The notes under the pieces were generated by a model that was not told the origin of the DNA, did no database searches, and was given only the letters and a program-made list of their open reading frames with translations. From NCBI GenBank assembly GCA_002269645.1, contig NIVC01001606.1, positions 1 through 64,000 of the forward strand: a stretch of DNA of 64,000 nt. The letters run 5' to 3'. The position numbers were made by a program, and so were the translations under genes. This document shows, in pieces, positions 38,752-50,785 of the stretch (position 1 is the stretch's first letter; each line of letters starts with the position of its first letter). The DNA is from Macrostomum lignano. Its lineage: Eukaryota.

Positions 38752-40205
38752 CATCCAGGCCGGCCGATCAATTCAAGGGCTCAATCCTGAGACCGGCTGT
38801 CGACTTAGTCTCCTCCCGCCGCCTCTGCCGCTACCCGCCCATCGCGCCGCTGCTTGAGAACCGAGTCTCCGACTCAAACATACCCCAGTCCGTGCTGCAG
38901 TCGCTCCAGCATCTCCTCACCTCTGCCTCATCGCCCTGTCACGTGGTGCACGCAGCGCCTCCCGGAAAAGAAGGCCAGCAGCTCCGAGTGAGCACCAGCT
39001 TCCTGGAGAACCGGCTGCTGCGGAGTCTCACCACTCTGCAGGGCCAGCTGTTCGTCACGCTCAAGTGGCTGCTGAAGAAGGCCGTCCGACACAACGGCTT
39101 CAAGTCGTATCACGCAAAGACCATCGCGTTCCGAATACTCGAGCAAACACCGGCAGAGCAGTGGAACGACGCTCGGAATCTCGTGAGTCTCACCAGACGC
39201 TCGCTGCAGATGCTTGAGAGCGACTGCAGATCAGGCAGACCTGACGCCAGGATCATGGACCACTTCTTCCTTGGCGATGCCGCTGTGTATCTGAGAGGCG
39301 TGGACACCTCATCAGCTGAGAAGGCGACTCGAGCGTTGACTGAGGCAGCTGATGCAGTGAGAGAGGCGATCGATAGGCTGCCAGAGCTGCTGCTGGAGTT
39401 CGAGCACAGCCTGCGACCCGTCACCGACTCGGGCCGATTCCACTTCCACCCGTTTCTCATTTTGCCAGTCATAGAATACCAAGCTCCAGTGTCAGCAGCG
39501 AACGTATGCGAGTACCACGAGATCTACAGCATCGTGAGAGAGTCGCTTCTCGGAGTGTCAGACGGAGACCAAAGCCCAGAGTCCCGACAGCGTCTCTCGG
39601 AGCTGATCGGCAAGCTGCCAGACTGCGCCCGCTCGGCGAGAGAGTCTCTCAGAGCGCTGAGCTGCCTGAAATTCGGCGACCAAGAGGCTGCAGCGGGAGT
39701 CGTAAGCGACTGCAGGCAGTTCAGCGCGAGCAGAGGCATCGACTGGTCCGCTGAGAGGTCGGCGAGTGAGGCGACTGCAGACTTGGTGTGGGGGCACCTG
39801 AGGAGCCGAGACTCCGCGTGGAAGTTCTTCTTTCGCATCGACAAGCGGCCGGAGCTGCCGATCGGAAATTGGTTTGTCACAGATTTTATTCCGCTTCAGC
39901 TGGAAAACTATGACAATTACTTCTTCGTGAACTTCGACGCTCTGCTTTGTGCGCTCCGCTTCGATCTGATAGAAGCAGGAGACTCCATTGCTCAAGACTG
40001 GATCCGAGATGTGGCGCATAAGGAGGATGCGGATGAGCAGGAGCTGGTGGTGGCTGCAGTTTTCTGTCAAGATCTGGAGCTGCTGCGGCAACTGCGTAGG
40101 AGAAGCTCCAGGATGCTCGGCGACGTGCCTTGGTGGCTGGAGAGCAAAGTGGAAGAGCGGCTGCAGGAGCTGCGGGCACCGAAAAAAAAAGTGAGAATGT
40201 CCTGA
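38752..40205 (+). CDS. ANK-cGLR copy B, exon 3
   Basis: Acceptor CATTGCAG|CA; [16 protein letters not shown]. Spliced total 3909 nt = 1302 aa. Confidence 0.87.
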
Positions 40206-40459
40206 GCCGAGTGCCAGATGCGACTCCGGTTGCACCGGTCGGTGACTGCCTTCATGGCTTCTTGGCACCATTGGATTGCTTTGTAATCGAGCAACTTGAT
40301 GGCTTATTAATGTTTGTTTTCTACCAGTAGCTGCGTGACTCAGTGATCTGCTCATGCAGCACGCCTGTTGTGACGTCCTCGCTTCAAATGCTATTCATGT
40401 TCATCCCCCTTGCTTCTGATGTCAAATCTGAAGCCATTCTTATGGGATACTTAGGTTTG

Positions 40460-41075
40460 CAAGCCAGACATTTTCCAGCCAGATATTTGCCAGCCAGATA
40501 TTTGCCAGCCAGATATTTGCCAGCCAGATATTTGCCAGCCCGATATTTGCCAGCCAGATACTTGCCAGCCCGATATTTGCTAGCCAGACATTTTGCCAGC
40601 CAGACATTTTCCAGCCAGATATTTGCCAGCCAGATATTTGCCAGTTAGATATTTGCCAGCCAGACATTTTCCAGCCAGACATTTGCCAGCCAGACATTTT
40701 CCAGCCAGACATTTGCCAGCCAGACATTTGCCAGCCAGACACTTGCCAGCCAGACATTTGCCAGCCAGACATTTTCCAGCCAGATATTTGCCAGCCAGAT
40801 ATTTGCCAGTCAGATATTTTACAGCCAGATATTTGCCAGCCAGATATTTGCCAGTCAGACATTTTCCAGCCAGAAATTTGCCAGCCAGATATTTGCCAGT
40901 CCGATATTTGCCAGCCAGACATTTTCCAGACAGATATTTTCCAGCCAGACATTTGCCAGCCAGACATTTGCCAGCCAGACATTTTCCAGCCAGATATTTG
41001 CCAGCCAGACATTTGCCAGCCAGAAATTTGCCAGCCAGACATTTTCCAGCCAGACATTTGCCAGCCAGACATTGC
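40460..41075. repeat. 15-bp minisatellite (CCAGCCAGAYATTTG)n
   Basis: Direct periodicity. Confidence 0.96.
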
Positions 41076-41324
41076 CAGACAGACTGTATTGCAGTGAAAA
41101 TGATGCGTGACTAACTACTGTTACATGAAGTAAAACCGCAATTTGTATGGGCGATTGCCTCAGGTCATGTACTCCTCTCGATGAGTCATCGACTCCACAC
41201 GACTGATGTAAAAAGGAATGAGCATTTTTGTAAAAATTGTGTTGTCAATCGAAATTTCGCCTAGCTTTATGGCGATGTAAAAAAGAAGCTGTCTTTAGCT
41301 GACACTGCATTTGCACTGTGAGCT

Positions 41325-42035
41325 CTTCTCGCGTGTGTGCATTGCTTTTGAGTTGTGAGGCTGCTTAAGTGTGTCTTTTGAGTGTCTTTCGCTCTCTTTC
41401 ATCTTTGCTGCTCCATGGTGCATACTTGGCAGGTGTTCGAGCACCTCTCGTCTCATCTCTCCCGGTATCAATAATCTCTTTCCAACCAGCATTAGTTCTT
41501 CTTCAACATTGAGCTTCTTACGCAAGCTCTAGTAGGGCTTCAGAGACAGTCGCTGCAACCTTGGGTTGTCGATCTGGTCTAAAGCGTGCTTATTTGAGAT
41601 CGGCCCCAGCGGTCCGTGATCGATTACTTATTTCGAAGTGTTTCAATCTTTCGAGAAAAATACAAGATATTTTTCACTCTCCAAGCAACAGCCAGCAGAT
41701 CAAGTTCGATCGTTGCGCAACGACGCTCGGCCTCCAAAACGAATCTTGAGCCGGCTTGGACGACTCGCCATGAGCAGTCGCTCTGCTTCTGCTTCAGGTT
41801 AGAGCGGAGATAATTGGGTCTGGAAGCATCCGTGTGCCATGCAGATACGAGAGGTAAATAAGAGAGGTTGATCATAAAAGGCCATCGTAGGGGCACGCTC
41901 AGCTCCCTCGTCATCTTTCGGAACGCTTCATCATGCTGCTGACTCCAGATGAAGTCATTCTTGGTAGGTCCCGCAGTGGCTCTCAAATATCTGGCTGGCA
42001 AATGGCTTGCTGGAAAACTGGTAGACCCCATTTCA
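41325..42035 (-). mobile_element. Degenerate Gypsy-type pol fragment (paralog of 26905-27560)
   Basis: KNDFIWSQQHDEAF.., HTDASR, TIELDLLAVAW, LLIPGEMRREVL. Confidence 0.75.
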
Positions 42036-43324
42036 TTCCAATTGAGCTGAGGCAATCTACCGATATGTAGTGAAAAAAGCGTCTATTTTTACTTTTATTT
42101 CTTTGTGCCGCCAATATTTATTCTGTTGCAAATAATTTTCTTCCTTAGATTTTCACTTGTGTTGATTTTAGTTTCAGAGCGGTTCTTTCAGAACTGTAGC
42201 TAGTTTTCAAATTTTCTCATTTGTCAAATTTGCATGCACTTTCTGCTAACGAACTGAAATTCTTGATGGCGTACACACTGCACTGTTTTACGATTTGATT
42301 CTATCTAAATGCCCAATTGTCTGATAAGCCTAGCTGCATATCAATTTCCAAATTTTCAAATTGCCTAATTCCCTAATTGTCTAACTGATTTATTTTGACT
42401 GAATTGCTTATTTTATAATTAATAATTAGTCTAATTTCTTGTGTTTCGATCGCATTTGTTTGGTTACAATATCTAATTGTGTTGACTCTTTCATTAATGT
42501 AGTTGCTAACTAGCTAATTGTTCTAAATATATATTCTAATTATATTGGTAAGTATTGGTAATTATATTGGTAAGTATTTATACTAAATGGCTGCTGTGGA
42601 GTTGATACAAATTTACCTAAACTATGATGTGATAATCTACTTGTTAATCCGAGTGATTTTGGCGTTGATAACCCACTCAATCGTTGTATTACTGTAGAGT
42701 AAAATTGCATATGCTTTTTTTTAAGTTCTCTAAAATTCCTGATTTTTTATTTCAATTTTAATTGTGTAGCTTGTTGTAAAAATTGTATTAGTAGGCCGTA
42801 ATTCTGTCATTTTTCCATGACGCATTTTGTTATAAATTGCTGTAATATGATTTGCATATTTATTAGCTGGCCTGATCTGTTAAACTGACTAATAGAGGTA
42901 GTTTTTGGTCACAATAATTACTTTGCTAATTCAGACTAATAGTCTAACTATCTAATAGTCTACTAATTGCCTAATAGCAGACTAGGCGCATTAGCTGCCT
43001 CCAAAGTGTGACTCTAATATTGGCTTCAACAATTGGCATTTATTGATCAGTCATTTCACGTGAATTAAAATATTTTCATTATATTTTTTCACCGCTATGC
43101 GAGTTGAAATTTTGCAAAGTCACTAGAGTCATTTAATTAGCAAAAAATATAAAATATTTGTTTAATCCGAGCATGGGCTTCTGCCTTATGCGGTAGGAAA
43201 ATGCAGTCTGAGAAAATAATACTAGCTAAGAATAGCTATGGAGATTCAATTAAGAGAAAAGTTTACTTTATTCATTTTCGTTCAGTTTTGTATTTTGTAC
43301 TTAAAAAGCTGGACGGTGATCCAG

Positions 43325-44500
43325 TAGATAAAGAGATGAAGAGGGAGAGTCAGGGAGGTAGATAAGGGAGGGAGAGGGAGAGTCAGAGAGGTAGATAAAT
43401 GAGGGAGAGGGAGAGTCAAAGAGGTAGATAAATGAGGGAGAGGGGTATTCAAAGAGGTAGATTAGGGAGGGAGAGGGGGTATTCAAAGAGGTAGATTAGG
43501 GAGGGAGAGGGGTATTCAAAGAGGTAGACAAGGGAGGGAGAGGGGTATTCAAAGAGGTAGATTAGGGAGGGAGAGGGAGAGTCAAAGAGGTAGATAAATG
43601 AGGGAGAGGGGTATTCAAAGAGGTAGATTAGGGAGGGAGAGGGGGTATTCAAAGAGGTAGACAAGGGAGGGAGAGGGGGTATTCAAAGAGGTAGATAAGT
43701 GAGGGAGAGGGAGAGTCAAAGAGGTAGATAAGTGAGGGAGAGGGGGTATTCAAAGAGGTAGATAAATGAGGGAGAGGGGTATTCAAAGAGGTAGATTAGA
43801 GAGGGAGAGGGGTATTCAAAGAGGTAGACAAGGGAGGGAGAGGGGTATTCAAAGAGGTAGATTAGGGAGGGAGAGGGGTATTCAAAGAGGTAGATTAGGG
43901 AGGGAGAGGGGTATTCAAAGAGGTAGACAAGGGAGGGAGAGGGGTATTCAAAGAGGTAGATTAGGGAGGGAGAGGGAGAGTCAAAGAGGTAGATAAATGA
44001 GGGAGAGGGGTATTCAAAGAGGTAGATTAGGGAGGGAGAGGGGGTATTCAAAGAGGTAGACAAGGGAGGGAGAGGGGTATTCAAAGAGGTAGATTAGGGA
44101 GGGAGAGGGAGAGTCAAAGAGGTAGATAAATGAGGGAGAGGGGTATTCAAAGAGGTAGATTAGGGAGGGAGAGGGGGTATTCAAAGAGGTAGACAAGGGA
44201 GGGAGAGGGGTATTCAAAGAGGTAGACAAGGGAGGGAGAGGGGGTATTCAAAGAGGTAGATAAGGGAGGGAGAGGGGGTATTCAAAGAGGTAGATAAGGG
44301 AGGGAGAGGGGGTATTCAAAGAGGTAGATAAGGGAGGGAGAGGGGGTATTCAAAGAGGTAGATAAGGGAGGGAGAGGGGTATTCAAAGAGGTAGATAAGG
44401 GAGGGAGAGGGGTATTCAAAGAGGTAGATAAGGGAGGGAGAGGGGGTATTCAAAGAGGTAGATAAATGAGGGAGATGGCCGTCAGAGTGGTAGATAAGGG
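43325..44500. repeat. Purine-rich minisatellite of about 33 bp (GGGAGGGAGAGGGGTATTCAAAGAGGTAGATTA)n
   Basis: Direct periodicity; strong strand asymmetry. Confidence 0.95.
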
Positions 44501-44829
44501 AGGAAGAGCCGCAGTGCCCCAACGCACACAGAGAGAAAGATAGACAGAAGAGGCCCATAGCAGGCCACTGAGCAGTGCTCAGCCTCTGCAGCTCTTGCCA
44601 ATTGCTTTTCATACCTGCTGAGCTTCTGCCGCCAATGCAGGGTAGCCAGGCACCTGTGGCGGCTCAGATGTTAATGCCTTAATTGCATGGCAACCAGGTT
44701 TACCTGACTGCATCTTGAATTACTGCATCTGCACATCGGGTCTTGCTTAATTTTACATTTTTGAGATACTCTAAACCGTACTTAGAGTTACTATAATAAA
44801 CTAGAAATTCGATGGGCTGGGTATTGATG

Positions 44830-45716
44830 GCACCTGCCAATGCAACAAACCATCAGGAAATATTTTATGATTATATTATTATGAAAATTTTATGATTATG
44901 AAAAAACTAACGAATGTGCAAGCACTCAAGTAATATAAGAAATACTGCTTCATTGGACAGATTTGACAATAAGCTGGGACAACGAGAGCCCCCGAGAGAT
45001 GGGCAGTAACAGGTTTTATTTTCTTGTTGTCTTCTCTGCTTGCATGTCAGAAAGACTCTCACAAACACTTGGCCTCTGAAGGCATATTATGAGTGAGGCT
45101 CACATCTCAAAGCTCGCAGCACCGAATATTATTCAAGGCAGGGTGTATTTTCTAGTCAAAGAGAGGGCATGGGCACAACTGCAAAGCAATGAGTGGTTTT
45201 AGTAGGGCTAGCGCTTAAGCTCTCTCTGCACCGTTGCTAGGCAACCTTCAACCCCTCCCTTTGGGTCTTCTGTGTCACGCGTTCGCAAGCTGCTGGTTTG
45301 GCTCTCAAACCTCATCTTCGTTATTTTCCTTTGGGCATTGAGGTCGGCTGCTTGGCTTGCTGGGGTCGAGACGAGTAGAGGTTGTTGTTTTTCCGCTCCG
45401 ATGCTGAGCACTTTCCCAGTGGCTTCGAGCGACTGTTCTGAGAAATTTCAATTCAACACGGTCAGTGAAGCGAAACAGTTCAGAGCTGCGGCTCTGTGCT
45501 GCTCAGTAATTGCTCCTACTGATGAAGCACTTATTGCAGCTTCCATTGTTAAATCGAGTCTGTCCAACCACTCGAAAAGCTCTAAAAAATTGGCCCATTC
45601 AATAATTGATGAAGCTTATGCAGCAGCTGCAGCACTGCTCCGAGCCTGAGACTGGGTGCGCCATCAACCCCCCGCCCTCCTCCATCTCGTGTTTCGCCGA
45701 AGCTGGACAGCAACGT

Positions 45717-45764
<48 letters not shown>

Positions 45765-47279
45765 GTTTGTTATTCTTGCCACTTGGCAACCGGGTGAGAT
45801 TGAAAATGCTGGGCTGGGCTCGGATTATTCTTGATGAACTTTCTAAATGATGCAGAATATCAGCTTAACGTCAGACCTGAAACACTGATAGATGACCTAC
45901 TAACATACATGTATAGGGTTATGCAGACATGTGTGTTATGCAGACATGTGTGTTTTGCAGACATGTGTTTTATGCAGGCGTGTGTGTTATGCAGGCGTGT
46001 GTGTTATGCAGGCGTGTGTGTTATGCAGACATGTGTGTTATGCAGGCATGTGTGTTATGCAGACATGTGTGTTATGCAAGCATGTGTGTTATGCAGGCGT
46101 GTGTGTTATGTAGGCGTGTGTGTTATGCAGACATGTGTGTTATGCAGGCATGTGTGTTATGCAGACATGTGTGTTATGCAGGCGTGTGTGTTATGCAGGC
46201 GTGTGTGTTATGCAGGCATATGTGTTATGCAGGCGTGTGTGTTATGCAGACGTGTGTGTTATGCAGGTGTGTGTGTTATGCAGGCGTGTGTGTTATGCAG
46301 GCATGTGTGTTATGCAGACATGTGTGTTATGCAGACATGTGTGTTATGCAGGCGTGTGTGTTATGCAGGCGTGTGTGTTATGCAGGTATATGTGTTATGC
46401 AGGCGTGTGTGTTATGCAGACGTGTGTGTTATGCAGACATGTGTGTTATGCAGACATGTGTGTTATGCAGGCGTGTGTGTTATGCAGGCGTGTGTGTTAT
46501 GCAGGTATATGTGTTATGCAGGCGTGTGTGTTATGCAGACGTGTGTGTTATGCAGACGTATGTGTTATGCAGACGTGTGTGTTATGCAGGCCTGTGTGTT
46601 ATGCAGGCGTGTGTGCTATGCAGGCATGTGTGTTATGCAAACATGTGTGTTATGCAGGCGTGTGTGTTATGCAGGCGTGTGTGTTATGCAGCCAGAAATG
46701 TGTTATACATACACAGAGTTGAATTATTTCAGCCTAAAAGGATTATTGACACTGACATTTGATGCCCTGCATTTTAATAGCATCTGCTAATGCAACACAC
46801 CACCCAGCAATATTTTATGATTAAAACCAAAAAACCAACGAATACGCAAACACTCTGCATGGACAGGAAAGAAATTCAACTTTTCCGAATCTTTACGAGC
46901 ATAGAAGAAAGTAGATTCATAAGGTAGAATTCAAAATAAGCTGGGACAATGGGAACCTCTGACAGATGAGGCAGAGAGATGAAGCACTCAGTGGCTTCGA
47001 GCAGCTGCTGAGAGAAACTTCAATTCAACACAATCAGCGAACCGAAACGGCTCTGTGCTGCTCATTAATTCTGGGTTTTAATTGCTGCACCAGTTATTGC
47101 AGCTTCCATTGTTAATGCGGGGCTGTCAGACACTCGAATAGCTCTCAAAATGTGGCCCCTATTCAATAATTGATCCAGCTTATGCAGTAACTGCAGCAAT
47201 GCTCCGAGCCTCAGACTGGGTGCGCCATCAACGCCCGCCCTCCTCCATCTCGTGTTTCGCTGTTGCAGGGCTGCAACGT

Positions 47280-47313
<34 letters not shown>

Positions 47314-47470
47314 GTTTGTTATTCTTGCCACTTTGGCAACCGGGTGAGACTGGAATGCTGGCCTGGGTATAGCTGCTCTTGCGTACAGTGGGGCTGGGGA
47401 GCTTGAGATCAAATATAAGTAGTATGTCTGGCCTAGCTTATTCTTGATGAGCTCTAAAATTATGCAGAAT
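44830..47470. repeat. Diverged local direct duplication (about 44830-45900 vs 46780-47470), each copy with a (GA)n tract
   Basis: Shared blocks CTGCYAATGCAAC..ATATTTTATGATT, TAAGCTGGGACAA, GTGGCTTCGAGC, CTGGGTGCGCCATCAAC, (GA)n-GTTGTTTGTTATTCTTGCCAC. Confidence 0.75.
45915..46690. repeat. 17-bp minisatellite (ATGCAGRCRTGTGTGTT)n
   Basis: Direct periodicity. Confidence 0.95.
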
Positions 47471-47479
47471 ATCTGCTCT

Positions 47480-47975
47480 ACTGGCAGATCCCCTCTACTG
47501 ACATTACCCTACTGACTGACAGATCCCCTACTGACAGATCCCCCACTGACAGATCCCCTACTGACTGACAGATCCCCTACTGACAGATCCCCCACTGACA
47601 GATCCCCTACTGACTGACAGATCCCCTACTGACAGATCCCCTACTGACAGATCCCCTACTGACTGACAGATCCCCTACTGACAGATCCCCTGCTGACAGA
47701 TCCCCTACTGACAGATCCCCTGCTGACAGATCCCCTACTGACAGATCCCCTGCTGACAGATCCCCTGCTGACAGATCCCTACTGACAGATCCCCTACTGA
47801 CTGACAGATCCCTACTGACAGATCCCCTACTGACAGATCCCCTACTGACAGATCCCCCACTGACAGATCCCCTACTGACAGATCCCCCACTGACAGATCC
47901 CTACTGACAGACAGATCCCCTACTGACAGATCCCCTACTGACAGATCCCCTACTGATCGTTCCTCTACTGACAGA
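47480..47975. repeat. 15-bp minisatellite (ACTGACAGATCCCCT)n
   Basis: Same unit as 2298-3138. Confidence 0.95.
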
Positions 47976-48190
47976 TCTGTGCTGACATACACGTACTGTA
48001 CAAATGCATAAATAGACTCAAGTGTTTAAGTCATCTTAACTCATCAAGTAGCCTCAGGTGCTGCAGTCGCTGGTGCGCAAGTCAAAGTTTAAAGAAGATT
48101 CTCATTTATCTCAGTCTACTGTTAGTAGGGTGGGGCGAGGCCTCCTTTTAATCTCCATATAGCGAATCGCAATTAATCGAGTCTTTAACC

Positions 48191-48204
48191 GTTACCATGG
48201 CAAC
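48191..48204. promoter_or_regulatory. RFX X-box upstream of ankyrin remnant E
   Basis: GTTACCATGGCAAC retained within a diverged paralogous block. Confidence 0.55.
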
Positions 48205-48409
48205 CGAAATCCAGGTTTTGCGATGCACACAAGCAGTAGAACACATCTCATAACCTTATTAGGCACTTTATGAATGGTTAAATATTTGGTTATATGGTTG
48301 CCTCCCTGGCGTCTCACTACACAAAAATTTCGGTTTATCGTTTCTGAGTGATTTTAACCTGACGTTTAAATTATTTTCACCTGTGGATTTAAACTCGAAA
48401 ACTCTGAGC

Positions 48410-48620
48410 AAGCCGAGCCCACAGACGAAGAGCTCATCGAGTCGATTGAAGCGGACGACTTGCAAGCGGTGGAGAACCTCTGCCGGTGGGAGGGGTGTCG
48501 ACACGATTCTCACTTGGAGAGGAACAGAGTGCACACCACTGATGCTGGCATGCAACCTGAGCACAATCGGCATCTTGGTGAGGCTGATTCGAGAGAGCAT
48601 CGACCCAAACAAGCATGCAG
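48410..48620 (+). pseudogene. Remnant E of the ANK-cGLR first exon (N-terminal ankyrin only)
   Basis: EPTDEELIESIEADDLQAVEN..DTILTWRGTECTPLMLAC..ILVRLIRES, frameshifted. Confidence 0.8.
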
Positions 48621-48889
48621 AACGTAATCGAGTGATGAATTATCGGCAGTTGATATTGGACTGAACAAACATTAAATCCATGCTAGACGAGCACACGGAC
48701 CCCTCGCTGGACCCTAAGAGCCCAAGGAGGCAAATGCCGGCCTCCCCCTAGATGGAAGCAGCAATCGAAAAGATTCGGGAGTTCTCAAATCGAAATCTGC
48801 GCCATTGACAAGTGTACCAAGCCCCTGCTCCAGGCGAACATCAGCGGATATCCGAAACCTTCGCGCCTTCTCATGAGATTCAGTTATTG

Positions 48890-49830
48890 ACAGAATCATT
48901 ATCTATCTCGTTGCAAAAAGTGAACATCGATCAGTCCTTTTGAGAAGTTTGTCAGCAATACCAGTAGATAATTTGAATTGGCACGGAATGTCAAGTACTT
49001 GTAAGTCCAACAAGTCAGTAGACGTGTTTATTATTACTTTCTGCAAGACGTTGTCCATTGCACCAAATGGCCGGTCTATCAGAGCCACAACGAATGGAGC
49101 TGAGTGATTGGCGAGTGTACGAGTATTATCGAAATTAACTCGCTTAAGATTGTGAATACCAGCGTACTGTCAGCTTTGTATACCGATACCTGTGCCGGAT
49201 AATGCAGCAGTGTACAACAGAGCGACGTCAATTTTGTGACATCTTCGAAACTGCTGCTCAGTGGCAGTGGAGTTCTGAGGCTGCTGACCAGTGGCAGTGG
49301 AGTTCTGAGGCTGCTGCTCAGTGGCAGTGGAGTTCTGAGGCTGCTGACCAGTGGCAGTGGAGTTCTGAGGCTGCTGACCAGTGGCAGTGGAGTTCTGAGG
49401 CTGCTGACCAGTGGCAGTGGAGTTCTGAGGCTGCTGACCAGTGGCAGTGGAGTTCTGAGGCTGCTGACCAGTGGCAGTGGAGTTCCGAGGCTGCTGACCA
49501 GTGGCAGTGGAGTTCTGAGGCTGCTGACCAGTGGCAGTGGAGTTCTGAGGCTGCTGACCAGTGGCAGTGGAGTTCTGAGGCTGCTGACCAGTGGCAGTGG
49601 AGTTCTGAGGCTGCTGACCAGTGGCAGTGGAGTTCTGAGGCTGCTGACCAGTGGCAGTGGAGTTCTGAGGCTGCTGACCAGTGGCAGTGGAGTTCTGAGG
49701 CTGCTGACCAGTGGCAGTGGAGTTCTGGTGCTGCTGACCAGCGGCAGTGGAGTTCTGAGGCTGCTGACCAGTGGCAGTGGGATTCTGAGGCTGCTGACCA
49801 GTCGAGTTCTGGTGCTGCTGACCAGCGGTG
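48890..49830 (-). pseudogene. Otop: Otopetrin-like remnant (copy 3) with a 30-bp repeat expansion in a loop
   Basis: (GQQPQNSTAT)n-EQQFRRCHKIDVALLYTAA and VNFD...[17 protein letters not shown] align with copies 1 and 2; frameshifts and stops. Confidence 0.75.
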
Positions 49831-50409
49831 CCCAGTCACTCCAGATCATTTAGTCTTTTTAAGCCTACATTATTAAGCTACAATATTTAGGACTGTAGCA
49901 TCCACTTCAGAACATAAAAAAAGCATCGAAAACATTAAAATACTTCAATTTTTTATTTTCTGTAAGATGAAAGTCCAACTGATTTATTTAATGCTAATTT
50001 TGAAATTATTGTTCGGAAAAAAAACTTGTTACATTTAAACTTGGAATTTAAAAAAATAAAATACACTACCTGTATAGCTGGACAGGAATCCGGGTCTGCC
50101 GATACGTTTAAAAGTTCTAGTAAATCCGAATCTACGGAGTATCTTTAATAGTTTTAATTAACTTGTAAAAATTTGCCTTTGAATTATTCGCATCATTGAA
50201 TTATTTTAGCGGCAAACTTAGAATAAAAAAGTAATCAATATTTGAAGAAGTTGACTACACATTTTAACACAATCAAATTTTCTAATCTGAGTCTAGTTCT
50301 AGTCAATACGACGTAATTAATCAGATATAGAGACACTAGAATGTAAAAACTTCATCTATGAAGAAACTACACAAGTACAGAATAATAATGAGCCTAAATT
50401 GATTAATCA

Positions 50410-50715
50410 CACTAATAGCCTAATTGAACAGACTGTCTAATAGCCTGTCTAATGGCCTCATTTAACAGCCTGTCTAATGACCTAATTGAATAGCCTGTCT
50501 AATGGCCTAATTGAACAGCCGGTCTAATAGCCTAATTGAACAGACTGTCTAATAGCCTGATTGAACACTGTCTAATAGCCTGATTGAACAGACTGTCTAA
50601 TAGCCTAATTGAACAGACTGTCTAATAGCCTAATTGAGCAGACTGTCTAATAGCCTGATTGAACAGACTGTCTAATAGCCTAATAGAACAGACTGTCTAA
50701 TAGCCTACCTAATTT
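50410..50715. repeat. 25-bp minisatellite (CTGTCTAATAGCCTAATTGAACAGA)n
   Basis: Direct periodicity. Confidence 0.9.
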
Positions 50716-50785
50716 AACACCGTCTAATATTATAGCAGTATAAAACGTAATCAAAACCATCACCAAAAAGATTTGTCAACAATCC

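Noticed and set aside
42050-43300. AT-rich intergenic stretch
   Set aside because: No ORFs, terminal repeats or clear periodicity detected by eye.
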